From: Eledone cirrhosa | Taxonomy: Eukaryota | Direction: 5' to 3' | NCBI GenBank assembly: GCA_964016885.1 | Contig: OZ024743.1 | Span: 139,500,001-139,564,000, forward strand | DNA length: 64,000 bases | Shown: positions 49,901-63,400 of the stretch, piece by piece | How the letters are laid out: the number at the start of each line of letters is the position of its first letter | How positions within the stretch are numbered: position 1 is the first letter of the stretch | The notes under the pieces: model-generated | Databases searched by the model: none | The model's input: the letters and a program-made list of their open reading frames with translations, nothing else | What the model was told of the DNA's origin: nothing | Made by a program: the position numbers and the translations under genes

Positions 49901-51490
49901 TTTGGTGTTTGATGTATGTTGTTTGCTGTTTGGTGTTTGGTGTTTGGTGTTTGGTGCTTGGTGCTTGGTGTTTGGTGCTTGGTGCTTGGTGTTTGGTGCC
50001 TGGTGCTTGGTGCATGGTGCTTGGTGTTTGGTGTTTGGTGCTTGGTGCTTGGAGTTTGGTGTTTGGTGCTTGGTGCTTGGTGTTTCGTGTTTCGTGTTTG
50101 GTTTTTGGTGCTTGGTGCTTGGTGCTTGGTCCTTGGTGTTTGGTGTTGGGTGCATTGTGTTTGGTGCTTGGCGCTTGGTGCTTGGTGCTTGGTGTTTGGT
50201 GCTTGGTGCTTGGTGCTTGGTGCTTGGTCCTTGGTGCTTGGTGTTTGGTGGTTGGTGTTTGGTGCTTGGTGTTAGGTGGTTGGTGCTTGGTGCTTGGTGT
50301 TTGGTGTTTGGTGCTTGGTGTTTGGTGTTTGGTGCTTGGTGTTTGGTGCTTGGTACTTGGTGCTTGGTGCTTGGTGTTAGGTGTTTGGTGCTTGGTGTTT
50401 GGTGCTTGGTGTTTGGTGCTTGGTGCTTGGTGCTTGGTGCTTGGTGTTTGGTGGTTGGTGTTTGGTGCTTGGTGTTTGGTGCTTGGTGTTAGGTGTTTGG
50501 TGCTTGGTGCTTGGTGTTTGGTGTTTGGTGCTTGGTGTTTGGTGTTTGGTGCTTGGTGTTTGGGGCTTTTTGCTTGGTGCTTGGTGCTTGGTGTTTGGTG
50601 CTGGGTGCTTGGTGCTTGGTGTTTGGTGTTATATGCTTGGTGTTTGATGCTTGGTGCTTGGTGCTTGGTGTTTGGTGTTTGGTGCTTGGTGTTTGATGCT
50701 TGGTGCTTGGTGCTTGGTGTTTGGTGCTTGGTGCTTGGTGTTTGGTGCTTGGTGCTTGGTGTTTGGTGCTTGGTGTTTGGTGCTTGGTGCTTGGTGTTTG
50801 GTGGTTGGTGCTTGGTGCTTGATGTTAGGTGTTTGGTGCTTGGTGCTTGGTGTCTGGTTTTTGGTGCTTGGTGCTTGGTGTTTGGTGCTTGTTGCTGGCT
50901 GCTTGGTGTTTGGTGCTTGGTGATTGGTGCTTGGTGTTTGGTGCTTGGTGTTTGGTGTTTGGTGCTTGCTGCTGGCTGCTTGGTGTTTGATGCTTGGTGC
51001 TTGGTGCTTGGTGTTTGGTGTTTGGTGCTTGGTGTTTGATGCTTGGTGCTTGGTGTTTGGTGTTTGCTGCTTGGTGTTTGATGCTTGGTGCTTGGTGCTT
51101 GGTGTTTTGTGTTTAGTGCTTGGTGGTTGGTGCTTGGTGTTTGGTGCTTGGTGCTTGGTGCTTGGTGTTTTGTGTTTGGTGCTTGGTGCTTGGTGTTTGG
51201 TGCTTGGTGCTGGGTGGTTGGTGTTTGGTGCTTGGTGTTTGGTGCTGGGTGCTTGGTGTTTGGTGCTGGGTGCTTGGTGTTTGGTGCTTGGTGCTTGGTG
51301 TTTGGTGCTTGGTGCTGGGTGGTTGGTGTTTGGTGCTTGGTGTTTGGTGCTGGGTGCTTGGTGTTTGGTGCTGGGTGCTTGGTGTTTGGTGCTTGGTGCT
51401 TGGTCTTTGGTGCTTGGTGTTTGGTGCTTGGTGCTTGGTGCTTGGTGTTTGGTGCTTGGTGCTTGGTGTTTGGTGCTTGGTGCTTGGTGT
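46935..51490. repeat. Near-perfect tandem duplication, offset 2281 bp (326 units minus 1 bp)
   Basis: A constant 2281 offset holds across ORF-track pairs 47139/49420, 47261/49542, 47442/49723, 48100/50381 and 48804/51085. Shared rare variants include TCGGTGT, TAGGTGG and TTAGTGC-TTGGTGG. Confidence 0.9.
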
Positions 51491-54400
51491 TTGGTTTTTG
51501 GTGCTTGGTGCTTGGTGTTTGGTGTTTGGTGCTTGCTGCTGGCTGCTTGGTGTTTGATGCATGGTGATTGGTGCTTGGTGTTTGGTGCTTGGTGTTTGGT
51601 GTTTGATGCTTGGTGCTTGGTGCTTGGTGTTTGGTGCTTGGTGCTTGGTGTTTGGTGCTTGGTGCTTGGTGTTTGGTGCTTGGTGTTTGGTGCTTGGTGT
51701 TTGGTGCTTGGTGCTTGGTGCTTGGTGCTTGGTGTTTGGTGGTTGGTGCTTGGTGCTTGGTGTTAGTTGTTTGGTGCTTGGTGCTTGGTGTTTGGTGTTT
51801 GGTGCTTGGTGTTTGGTGTTTGGTGCTTGGTGTTAGTTGTTTGGTGCTTGGTGCTTGGTGTTTGGTGTTTGGTGCTTGGTGTTTGGTGTTTGGTGCTTGG
51901 TATTTGGTGCTTGGTACTTGGTGCTTGGTGCTTGGTGTTAGGTGTTTGGTGCTTGGTGCTTGGTGTTTGGTGTTTGGTGCTTGCTGTTTGGTGTTTGGTG
52001 CTTGGTATTTGGTGCTTGGTACTTGGTGCTTGGTGCTTGGTGTTTGGTGTTTGGTGCTTGGTGTTTGGTGTTTGGTGCTTGGTGTTTGGTGCTTTTTGCT
52101 TGGTGCTTGGTGCTTGGTGTTTGGTGCTGGGTGCTTGGTGCTTGGTGTTTGGTGTTATATGCTTGGTGTTTGATGCTTGGTGCTTGGTGCTTGGTGTTTG
52201 GTGTTTGGTGCTTGGTGTTTGATGCTCGGTGCTTGGTGCTTGGTGTTTGGTGCTTGGTGCTTGGTGTTTGGTGCTTGGTGCTTGGTGTTTGGTGTTTGGT
52301 GCTTGGTGTTTGGTGTTTGGTGCTTGGTATTTGGTGCTTGGTACTTGGTGCTTGGTGCTTGGTGTTAGGTGTTTGGTGCTTGGTGTTTGGTGCTTGGTGT
52401 TTGGTGCTTGGTGCTTGGTGCTTGGTGCTTGGTGTTTGGTGGTTGGTGTTTGGTGCTTGGTGTTTGGTGCTTGGTGTTAGGTGTTTGGTGCTTGGTGCTT
52501 GGTGTTTGGTGTTTGGTGCTTGGTGTTTGGTGTTTGGTGCTTGGTGTTTGGTGCTTTTTGCTTGGTGCTTGGTGCTTGGTGTTTGGTGCTGGGTGCTTGG
52601 TGCTTGGTGTTTGGTGTTATATGCTTGGTGTTTGATGCTTGGTGCTTGGTGCTTGGTGTTTGGTGTTTGGTGCTTGGTGTTTGAAGCTTGGTGCTTGGTG
52701 CTTGGTGTTTGGTGCTTGGTGCTTGGTGTTTGGTGCTTGGTGCTTGGTGTTTGGTGGTTGGTGCTTGGTGCTTGGTGTTAGGTGTTTGGTGCTTGGTGCT
52801 TGGTGTCTGGTTTTTGGTGCTTGGTGCTTGCTGTTTGGTGCTTGTTGCTGGCTGCTTGGTGTTTGGTGCTTGGTGATTGGTGGTTGGTGTTTGGTGCTTG
52901 GTGTTTGGTGTTTGGTGCTTGGTGTTTGTACTTGGTGTTTGGTGCTTGGTGTTTGGTGCTAGGTGCTTGGTGTTTGGTGCTTGGTGCTTGGTGTTTGGTG
53001 CCTGGTGCTTGGTGTTTGGTGTTTGGTGTTTGGTGCTTGGTGCTTGGTGTTTGGTGTTTGCTGTTTGCTGTTTGGTGTTTGTTGTTTGGTGTTTGTTGTT
53101 TGGTGTTTGCTGTTTGGTGTTTGGTGTTTGCTTTTTGGTGTTTGGTGTTTGATGTATGTTGTTTGCTGTTTGGTGCTTGGTGTTTGGTGTTTGGTGCTTG
53201 GTGTTTGGTGTTTGGTGCTTGGTGTTTGGTGCTTTTTGCTTGGTGCTTGGTGCTTGGTGTTTGGTGCTGGGTGCTTGGTGCTTGGTGTTTGGTGTTATAT
53301 GCTTGGTGTTTGATGCTTGGTGCTTGGTGCTTGGTGTTTGGTGTTTGGTGCTTGGTGTTTGGTGCTGCGTGCTTGGTGCTTGGTGCTTGGTGCTTGGTGC
53401 TTGGTGTTTTGTGTTTGGTGTTTGATGCTTGGTGTTTGGTGCTTGGTGCTTGGTGTTTGGTGCTTGGTGCTGGGTGGTTGGTGTTTGGTGCTTGGTGTTT
53501 GGTGCTGGGTTCTTGGTGTTTGGTGCTGGGTGCTTGGTGTTTGGTGCTTGGTGCTTGGTCTTTGGTGCTTGGTGTTTGGTGCTTGGTGCTTGGTGCTTGG
53601 TGTTTGGTGCTTGGTGCTTGGTGTTTGGTGCTTGGTGCTTGGTGTTTGGTTTTTGGTGCTTGGTGCTTGGTGTTTGGTGTTTGGTGCTTGCTGCTGGCTG
53701 CTTGATGTTTGATGCATGGTGATTGGTGCTTGCTGTTTGGTGCTTGGTGTTTGGTGTTTGATGCTTGGTGCTTGGTGCTTGGTGTTTGGTGCTTGGTGTT
53801 TTGTGTTTGGTGTTTGATGCTTGGTGTTTGGTGCTTGGTGCTTGGTGTTTGGTGCTTGGTGCTGGGTGGTTGGTGTTTGGTGCTTGGTGTTTGGTGCTGG
53901 GTGCTTGGTGTTTGGTGCTGGTTGCTTGGTGTTTGGTGCTTGGTGCTTGGTCTTTGGTGCTTGGTGTTTGGTGCTTGGTGCTTGGTGCTTGGTGTTTGGT
54001 GCTTGGTGCTTGGTGTTTGGTGCTTGGTGCTTGGTGTTTGGTTTTTGGTGCTTGGTGCTTGGTGTTTGGTGTTTGGTGCTTGCTGCTGGCTGCTTGGTGT
54101 TTGATGCATGGTGATTGGTGCTTGGTGTTTGGTGCTTGGTGTTTGGTGTTTGATGCTTGGTGCTTGGTGCTTGGTGTTTGGTGCTTGGTGCTTGGTGTTT
54201 GGTGCTTGGTGCTTGGTGTTTGGTGCTTGGTGTTTGGTGCTTGGTGTTTGGTGCTTGGTGCTTGGTGCTTGGTGCTTGGTGCTTGGTGTTTGGTGGTTGG
54301 TGCTTGGTGCTTGGTGTTAGGTGTTTGGTGCTTGGTGCTTGGTGTTTGGTGTTTGGTGCTTGGTGTTTGGTGTTTGGTGCTTGGTGTTTGGTGCTTGGTA

Positions 54401-57400
54401 CTTGGTGCTTGGTGCTTGGTGTTAGGTGTTTGGTGCTTGGTGCTTGGTGTCTGGTTTTTGGTGCTTGGTGCTTGGTGTTTGGTGTTTGGTGCTTGCTGCT
54501 GGCTGCTTGGTGTTTGGTGCTTGGTGATTGGTGCTTGGTGTTTGGTGCTTGGTGTTTGGTGTTTGGTGCTTGGTGATTGGTGTTTGTACTTGGTGCTTGG
54601 TGCTTGATTCTTGGTGTTTGGTGCTTGGTGCTTGGTGTTTGGTGTTATATGCTTGGTGTTTGATGCTTGGTGCTTGGTGCTTGGTGTTTGGTGTTTGGTG
54701 TTTGATGCTTGGTGCTTGGTGTTTGGTGCTTGGTGCTTGGTGTTTGTACTTGGTGCTTGGTGCTTGGTGCTTGGTGTTTGGTGCTTGGTGCTTGGTGCTT
54801 GGTGCTTGGTCCTTGGTGCTTGGTGTTTGGTGGTTGGTGTTTGGTGCTTGGTGTTAGGTGTTTGGTGCTTGGTGCTTGGTGTTTGGTGTTTGGTGCTTGG
54901 TGTTTGGTGTTTGGTGCTTGGTGTTTGGTGCTTGGTACTTGGTGCTTGGTGCTTGGTGTTAGGTGTTTGGTGCTTGGTGTTTGGTGCTTGGTGTTTGGTG
55001 CTTGGTGCTTGGTGCTTGGTGCTTGGTGTTTGGTGGTTGGTGTTTGGTGCTTGGTGTTTGGTGCTTGGTGTTAGGTGTTTGGTGCTTGGTGCTTGGTGTT
55101 TGGTGTTTGGTGCTTGGTGTTTGGTGTTTGGTGCTTGGTGTTTGGGGCTTTTTGCTTGGTGCTTGGTGCTTGGTGTTTGGTGCTGGGTGCTTGGTGCTTG
55201 GTGTTTGGTGTTCTATGCTTGGTGTTTCATGCTTGGTGCTTGGTGCTTGGTGTTTGGTGTTTGGTGCTTGGTGTTTGATGCTTGGTGCTTGGTGCTTGGT
55301 GTTTGGTGCTTGGTGCTTGGTGTTTGGTGCTTGGTGCTTGGTGTTTGGTGCTTGGTGTTTGGTGCTTGGTGCTTGGTGTTTGGTGGTTGGTGCTTGGTGC
55401 TTGGTGTTAGGTGTTTGGTGCTTGGTGCTTGGTGTCTGGTTTTTGGTGCTTGGTGCTTGGTGTTTGGTGCTTGTTGCTGGCTGCTTGGTGTTTGGTGCTT
55501 GGTGATTGGTGCTTGGTGTTTGGTGCTTGGTGTTTGGTGTTTGGTGCTTGGTGTTTGTACTTGGTGTTTGGTGCTTGGTGTTTGGTGCTAGGTGCTTGGT
55601 GTTTGGTGCTTGGTGCTTGGTGTTTGGTGCTTGGTGCTTGGTGTTTGGTGCCTGGTGCTTGGTGCATGGTGCTTGGTGTTTGGTGTTTGGTGCTTGGTGC
55701 TTGGAGTTTGGTGTTTGGTGCTTGGTGCTTGGTGTTTCGTGTTTCGTGTTTGGTTTTTGGTGCTTGGTGCTTGGTGCTTGGTCCTTGGTGTTTGGTGCTG
55801 GGTGCATTGTGTTTGGTGCTTGGCGCTTGGTGCTTGGTGCTTGGTGTTTGGTGCTTGGTGCTTGGTGCTTGGTGCTTGGTCCTTGGTGCTTGGTGTTTGG
55901 TGGTTGGTGTTTGGTGCTTGGTGTTAGGTGTTTGGTGCTTGGTGCTTGGTGTTTGGTGTTTGGTGCTTGGTGTTTGGTGTTTGGTGCTTGGTGTTTGGTG
56001 CTTGATACTTGGTGCTTGGTGCTTGGTGTTAGGTGTTTGGTGCTTGGTGTTAGGTGTTTGGTGCTTGGTGTTTGGGGCTTTTTGCTTGGTGCTTGGTGCT
56101 TGGTGTTTGGTGCTGGGTGCTTGGTGCTTGGTGCTTGGTGTTATATGCTTGGTGTTTGATGCTTGGTGCTTGGTGCTTGGTGTTTGGTGTTTGGTGCTTG
56201 GTGTTTGATGCTTGGTGCTTGGTGCTTGGTGTTTGGTGCTTGGTGCTTGGTGTTTGGTGCTTGGTGCTTGGTGTTTGGTGCTTGGTGTTTGGTGCTTGGT
56301 GCTTGGTGTTTGGTGGTTGGTGCTTGGTGCTTGATGTTAGGTGTTTGGTGCTTGGTGCTTGGTGTCTGGTTTTTGGTGCTTGGTGCTTGGTGTTTGGTGC
56401 TTGTTGCTGGCTGCTTGGTGCTTGGTGCTTGGTGATTGGTGCTTGGTGTTTGGTGCTTGGTGTTTGGTGTTTGGTGCTTGCTGCTGGCTGCTTGGTGTTT
56501 GATGCTTGGTGCTTGGTGCTTGGTGTTTGGTGTTTGGTGCTTGGTGTTTGATGCTTGGTGCTTGGTGTTTGGTGTTTGCTGCTTGGTGTTTGATGCTTGG
56601 TGCTTGGTGCTTGGTGTTTTGTGTTTGGTGCTTGGTGGTTGGTGCTTGGTGTTTGGTGCTTGGTTCTTGGTGCTTGGTGTTTTGTGTTTGGTGCTTGGTG
56701 CTTGGTGTTTGGTGCTTGGTGCTGGGTGGTTGGTGTTTGGTGCTTGGTGTTTGGTGCTGGGTGCTTGGTGTTTGGTGCTGGGTGCTTGGTGTTTGGTGCT
56801 TGGTGCTTGGTGTTTGGTGCTTGGTGCTGGGTGGTTGGTGTTTGGTGCTTGGTGTTTGGTGCTGGGTGCTTGGTGTTTGGTGCTGGGTGCTTGGTGTTTG
56901 GTGCTTGGTGCTTGGTCTTTGGTGCTTGGTGTTTGGTGCTTGGTGCTTGGTGCTTGGTGTTTGGTGCTTGGTGCTTGGTGTTTGGTGCTTGGTGCTTGGT
57001 GTTTGGTTTTTGGTGCTTGGTGCTTGGTGTTTGGTGTTTGGTGCTTGCTGCTGGCTGCTTGGTGTTTGATGCATGGTGATTGGTGCTTGGTGTTTGGTGC
57101 TTGGTGTTTGGTGTTTGATGCTTGGTGCTTGGTGCTTGGTGTTTGGTGCTTGGTGCTTGGTGTTTGGTGCTTGGTGCTTGGTGTTTGGTGCTTGGTGTTT
57201 GGTGCTTGGTGTTTGGTGCTTGGTGCTTGGTGCTTGGTGCTTGGTGTTTGGTGGTTGGTGCTTGGTGCTTGGTGTTAGTTGTTTGGTGCTTGGTGTTAGG
57301 TGTTTGGTGCTTGGTGCTTGGTGTTTGGTGTTTGGTGCTTGGTGTTTGGTGTTTGGTGCTTGGTGTTTGGTGCTTTTTGCTTGGTGCTTGGTGTTTGGTG

Positions 57401-60400
57401 TTTGGTGCTGGGTGCTTGGTGCTTGGTGTTTGGTGTTATATGCTTGGTGTTTGATGCTTGGTGCTTGGTGCTTGGTGTTTGGTGTTTGGTGCTTGGTGTT
57501 TGATGCTTGGTGCTTGGTGCTTGGTGTTTGGTGCTTGGTGCTTGGTGTTTGGTGCTTGGTGCTTGGTGTTTGGTGTTTGGTGCTTGGTGTTTGGTGTTTG
57601 GTGCTTGGTATTTGGTGCTTGGTACTTGGTGCTTGGTGCTTGGTGTTAGGTGTTTGGTGCTTGGTGTTTGGTGCTTGGTGTTTGGTGCTTGGTGCTTGGT
57701 GCTTGGTGCTTGGTGTTTGGTGGTTGGTGTTTGGTGCTTGGTGTTTGGTGCTTGGTGTTAGGTGTTTGGTGCTTGGTGCTTGGTGTTTGGTGTTTGGTGC
57801 TTGGTGTTTGGTGTTTGGTGCTTGGTGTTTGGTGCTTTTTGCTTGGTGCTTGGTGCTTGGTGTTTGGTGCTGGGTGCTTGGTGCTTGGTGTTTGGTGTTA
57901 TATGCTTGGTGTTTGATGCTTGGTGCTTGGTGCTTGGTGTTTGGTGTTTGGTGCTTGGTGTTTGATGCTTGGTGCTTGGTGCTTGGTGTTTGGTGCTTGG
58001 TGCTTGGTGTTTGGTGCTTGGTGCTTGGTGTTTGGTGCTTGGTGTTTGGTGCTTGGTGTTTGGTGCTTGGTGCTTGGTGCTTGGTGCTTGGTGTTTGGTG
58101 GTTGGTGCTTGGTGCTTGGTGTTAGGTGTTTGGTGCTTGGTGCTTGGTGTCTGGTTTTTGGTGCTTGGTGCTTGCTGTTTGGTGCTTGTTGCTGGCTGCT
58201 TGGTGTTTGGTGCTTGGTGATTGGTGCTTGGTGTTTGGTGCTTGGTGTTTGGTGTTTGGTGCTTGGTGTTTGTACTTGGTATTTGGTGCTTGGTGTTTGG
58301 TGCTAGGTGCTTGGTGTTTGGTGCTTGGTGCTTGGTGTTTGGTGCCTGGTGCTTGGTGTTTGGTGTTTGGTGTTTGGTGCTTGGTGCTTGGTGTTTGGTG
58401 TTTGCTGTTTGCTGTTTGGTGTTTGTTGTTTGGTGTTTGTTGTTTGGTGTTTGCTGTTTGGTGTTTGGTGTTTGCTTTTTGGTGTTTGGTGTTTGATGTA
58501 TGTTGTTTGCTGTTTGGTGCTTGGTGTTTGGTGTTTGGTGCTTGGTGTTTGGTGTTTGGTGCTTGGTGTTTGGTGCTTTTTGCTTGGTGCTTGGTGCTTG
58601 GTGTTTGGTGCTGGGTGCTTGGTGCTTGGTGTTTGGTGTTATATGCTTGGTGTTTGATGCTTGGTGCTTGGTGCTTGGTGTTTGGTGTTTGGTGCTTGGT
58701 GTTTGGTGCTGCGTGCTTGGTGCTTGGTGCTTGGTGCTTGGTGTTTTGTGTTTGGTGTTTGATGCTTGGTGTTTGGTGCTTGGTGCTTGGTGTTTGGTGC
58801 TTGGTGCTGGGTGGTTGGTGTTTGGTGCTTGGTGTTTGGTGCTGGGTTCTTGGTGTTTGGTGCTGGGTGCTTGGTGTTTGGTGCTTGGTGCTTGGTCTTT
58901 GGTGCTTGGTGTTTGGTGCTTGGTGCTTGGTGCTTGGTGTTTGGTGCTTGGTGCTTGGTGTTTGGTGCTTGGTGCTTGGTGTTTGGTTTTTGGTGCTTGG
59001 TGCTTGGTGTTTGGTGTTTGGTGCTTGCTGCTGGCTGCTTGGTGTTTGATGCATGGTGATTGGTGCTTGGTGTTTGGTGCTTGGTGTTTGGTGTTTGATG
59101 CTTGGTGCTTGGTGCTTGGTGTTTGGTGCTTGGTGCTTGGTGTTTGGTGCTTGGTGCTTGGTGTTTGGTGCTTGGTGTTTGGTGCTTGGTGTTTGGTGCT
59201 TGGTGCTTGGTGCTTGGTGCTTGGTGTTTGGTGGTTGGTGCTTGGTGCTTGGTGTTAGGTGTTTGGTGCTTGGTGCTTGGTGTTTGGTGTTTGGTGCTTG
59301 GTGTTTGGTGCTTGGTGCTTGGTGTTTGGTGCTTGGTGCTTGGTGTTTGGTGCTTGGTGCTTGGTGTTTGGTTCTTGGTGCTTGGTGCTTGGTGTTTGGT
59401 GTTTGGTGCTTGCTGCTGGCTGCTTGGTGTTTGATGCATGGTGATTGGTGCTTGGTGTTTGGTGCTTGGTGTTTGGTGTTTGATGCTTGGTGCTTGGTGC
59501 TTGGTGTTTGGTGCTTGGTGCTTGGTGTTTGGTGCTTGGTGCTTGGTGTTTGGTGCTTGGTGTTTGGTGCTTGGTGTTTGGTGCTTGGTGCTTGGTGCTT
59601 GGTGCTTGGTGTTTGGTGGTTGGTGCTTGGTGCTTGGTGTTAGTTGTTTGGTGCTTGGTGCTTGGTGTTTGGTGTTTTGTGCTTGGTGTTTGGTGTTTGG
59701 TGCTTGGTGTTAGGTGTTTGGTGCTTGGTGCTTGGTGTTTGGTGTTTGGTGCTTGGTGTTTGGTGTTTGGTGCTTGGTATTTGGTGCTTGGTACTTGGTG
59801 CTTGGTGCTTGGTGTTAGGTGTTTGGTGCTTGGTGTTTGGTGCTTGGTGTTTGGTGCTTGGTGCTTGGTGCTTGGTGCTTGGTGTTTGGTGGTTGGTGTT
59901 TGGTGCTTGGTGTTTGGTGCTTGGTGTTAGGTGTTTGGTGCTTGGTGCTTGGTGTTTGGTGTTTGGTGCTTGGTGTTTGGTGTTTGGTGCTTGGTGTTTG
60001 GTGCTTTTTGCTTGGTGCTTGGTGCTTGGTGTTTGGTGCTGGGTGCTTGGTGCTTGGTGTTTGGTGTTATATGCTTGGTGTTTGATGCTTGGTGCTTGGT
60101 GCTTGGTGTTTGGTGTTTGGTGCTTGGTGTTTGATGCTTGGTGCTTGGTGCTTGGTGTTTGGTGCTTGGTGCTTGGTGTTTGGTGCTTGGTGCTTGGTGT
60201 TTGGTGTTTGGTGCTTGGTGTTTGGTGTTTGGTGCTTGGTATTTGGTGCTTGGTACTTGGTGCTTGGTGCTTGGTGTTAGGTGTTTGGTGCTTGGTGTTT
60301 GGTGCTTGGTGTTTGGTGCTTGGTGCTTGGTGCTTGGTGCTTGGTGTTTGGTGGTTGGTGTTTGGTGCTTGGTGTTTGGTGCTTGGTGTTAGGTGTTTGG

Positions 60401-63400
60401 TGCTTGGTGCTTGGTGTTTGGTGTTTGGTGCTTGGTGTTTGGTGTTTGGTGCTTGGTGTTTGGTGCTTTTTGCTTGGTGCTTGGTGCTTGGTGTTTGGTG
60501 CTGGGTGCTTGGTGCTTGGTGTTTGGTGTTATATGCTTGGTGTTTGATGCTTGGTGCTTGGTGCTTGGTGTTTGGTGTTTGGTGCTTGGTGTTTGATGCT
60601 TGGTGCTTGGTGCTTGGTGTTTGGTGCTTGGTGCTTGGTGTTTTGTGCTTGGTGTTTGGTGCTTGGTGCTTGGTGCTTGGTGCTTGGTGTTTGGTGGTTG
60701 GTGCTTGGTGCTTGGTGTTAGGTGTTTGGTGCTTGGTGCTTGGTGTCTGGTTTTTGGTGCTTGGTGCTTGCTGTTTGGTGCTTGTTGCTGGCTGCTTGGT
60801 GTTTGGTGCTTGGTGATTGGTGCTTGGTGTTTGGTGCTTGGTGTTTGGTGTTTGGTGCTTGGTGTTTGTACTTGGTGTTTGGTGCTTGGTGTTTGGTGCT
60901 AGGTGCTTGGTGTTTGGTGCTTGGTGCTTGGTGTTTGGTGCCTGGTGCTTGGTGTTTGGTGTTTGGTGTTTGGTGCTTGGTGCTTGGTGTTTGGTGTTTG
61001 CTGTTTGCTGTTTGGTGTTTGTTGTTTGGTGTTTGTTGTTTGGTGTTTGCTGTTTGGTGTTTGGTGTTTGCTTTTTGGTGTTTGGTGTTTGATGTATGTT
61101 GTTTGCTGTTTGGTGCTTGGTGTTTGGTGTTTGGTGCTTGGTGTTTGGTGTTTGGTGCTTGGTGTTTGGTGCTTTTTGCTTGGTGCTTGGTGCTTGGTGT
61201 TTGGTGCTGGGTGCTTGGTGCTTGGTGTTTGGTGTTATATGCTTGGTGTTTGATGCTTGGTGCTTGGTGCTTGGTGTTTGGTGTTTGGTGCTTGGTGTTT
61301 GGTGCTGCGTGCTTGGTGCTTGGTGCTTGGTGCTTGGTGCTTGGTGTTTTGTGTTTGGTGTTTGATGCTTGGTGTTTGGTGCTTGGTGCTTGGTGTTTGG
61401 TGCTTGGTGCTGGGTGGTTGGTGTTTGGTGCTTGGTGTTTGGTGCTGGGTGCTTGGTGTTTGGTGCTGGGTGCTTGCTGTTTGGTGCTTGGTGCTTGGTC
61501 TTTGGTGCTTGGTGTTTGGTGCTTGGTGCTTGGTGCTTGGTGTTTGGTGCTTGGTGCTTGGTGTTTGGTGCTTGGTGCTTGGTGTTTGGTTTTTGGTGCT
61601 TGGTGCTTGGTGTTTGGTGTTTGGTGCTTGCTGCTGGCTGCTTGGTGTTTGATGCATGGTGATTGGTGCTTGGTGTTTGGTGCTTGGTGTTTGGTGTTTG
61701 ATGCTTGGTGCTTGGTGCTTGGTGTTTGGTGCTTGGTGCTTGGTGTTTGGTGCTTGGTGCTTGGTGTTTGGTGCTTGGTGTTTGGTGCTTGGTGTTTGGT
61801 GCTTGGTGCTTGGTGCTTGGTGCTTGGTGCTTGGTGTTTGGTGGTTGGTGCTTGGTGCTTGGTGTTAGGTGTTTGGTGCTTGGTGCTTGGTGTTTGGTGT
61901 TTGGTGCTTGGTGTTTGGTGTTTGGTGCTTGGTGTTTGGTGCTTGGTACTTGGTGCTTGGTGCTTGGTGTTAGGTGTTTGGTGCTTGGTGCTTGGTGTCT
62001 GGTTTTTGGTGCTTGGTGCTTGGTGTTTGTTGTTTGGTGCTTGCTGCTGGCTGCTTGGTGTTTGGTGCTTGGTGATTGGTGCTTGGTGTTTGGTGCTTGG
62101 TGTTTGGTGTTTGGTGCTTGGTGATTGGTGTTTGTACTTGGTGCTTGGTGCTTGGTTCTTGGTGTTTGGTGCTTGGTGCTTGGTGTTTGGTGTTATATGC
62201 TTGGTGTTTGATGCTTGGTGCTTGGTGCTTGGTGTTTGGTGTTTGGTGTTTGATGCTTGGTGCTTGGTGTTTGGTGCTTGGTGCTTGGTGTTTGTACTTG
62301 GTGCTTGGTGCTTGGTGCTTGGTGTTTGGTGCTTGGTGCTTGGTGCTTGGTGCTTGGTCCTTGGTGCTTGGTGTTTGGTTGTTGGTGTTTGGTGCTTGGT
62401 GTTAGGTGTTTGGTGCTTGGTGCTTGGTGTTTGGTGTTTGGTGCTTGGTGTTTGGTGTTTGGTGCTTGGTGTTTGGTGCTTGGTACTTGGTGCTTGGTGC
62501 TTGGTGTTAGGTGTTTGGTGCTTGGTGTTTGGTGCTTGGTGTTTGGTGCTTGGTGCTTGGTGCTTGGTGCTTGGTGTTTGGTGGTTGGTGTTTGGTGCTT
62601 GGTGTTTGGTGCTTGGTGTTAGGTGTTTGGTGCTTGGTGCTTGGTGTTTGGTGTTTGGTGCTTGGTGTTTGGTGTTTGGTGCTTGGTGTTTGGGGCTTTT
62701 TGCTTGGTGCTTGGTGCTTGGTGTTTGGTGCTGGGTGCTTGGTGCTTGGTGTTTGGTGTTCTATGCTTGGTGTTTCATGCTTGGTGCTTGGTGCTTGGTG
62801 TTTGGTGTTTGGTGCTTGGTGTTTGATGCTTGGTGCTTGGTGCTTGGTGTTTGGTGCTTGGTGCTTGGTGTTTGGTGCTTGGTGCTTGGTGTTTGGTGCT
62901 TGGTGTTTGGTGCTTGGTGCTTGGTGTTTGGTGGTTGGTGCTTGGTGCTTGGTGTTAGGTGTTTGGTGCTTGGTGCTTGGTGTCTGGTTTTTGGTGCTTG
63001 GTGCTTGGTGTTTGGTGCTTGTTGCTGGCTGCTTGGTGTTTGGTGCTTGGTGATTGGTGCTTGGTGTTTGGTGCTTGGTGTTTGGTGTTTGGTGCTTGGT
63101 GTTTGTACTTGGTGTTTGGTGCTTGGTGTTTGGTGCTAGGTGCTTGGTGTTTGGTGCTTGGTGCTTGGTGTTTGGTGCCTGGTGCTTGGTGTTTGGTGTT
63201 TGGTGTTTGGTGCTTGGTGCTTGGTGTTTGGTGTTTGCTGTTTGCTGTTTGGTGTTTGTTGTTTGGTGTTTGTTGTTTGGTGTTTGCTGTTTGGTGTTTG
63301 GTGTTTGCTTTTTGGTGTTTGGTGTTTGATGTATGTTGTTTGCTGTTTGGTGTTTGGTGTTTGGTGTTTGGTGCTTGGTGCTTGGTGTTTGGTGCTTGGT

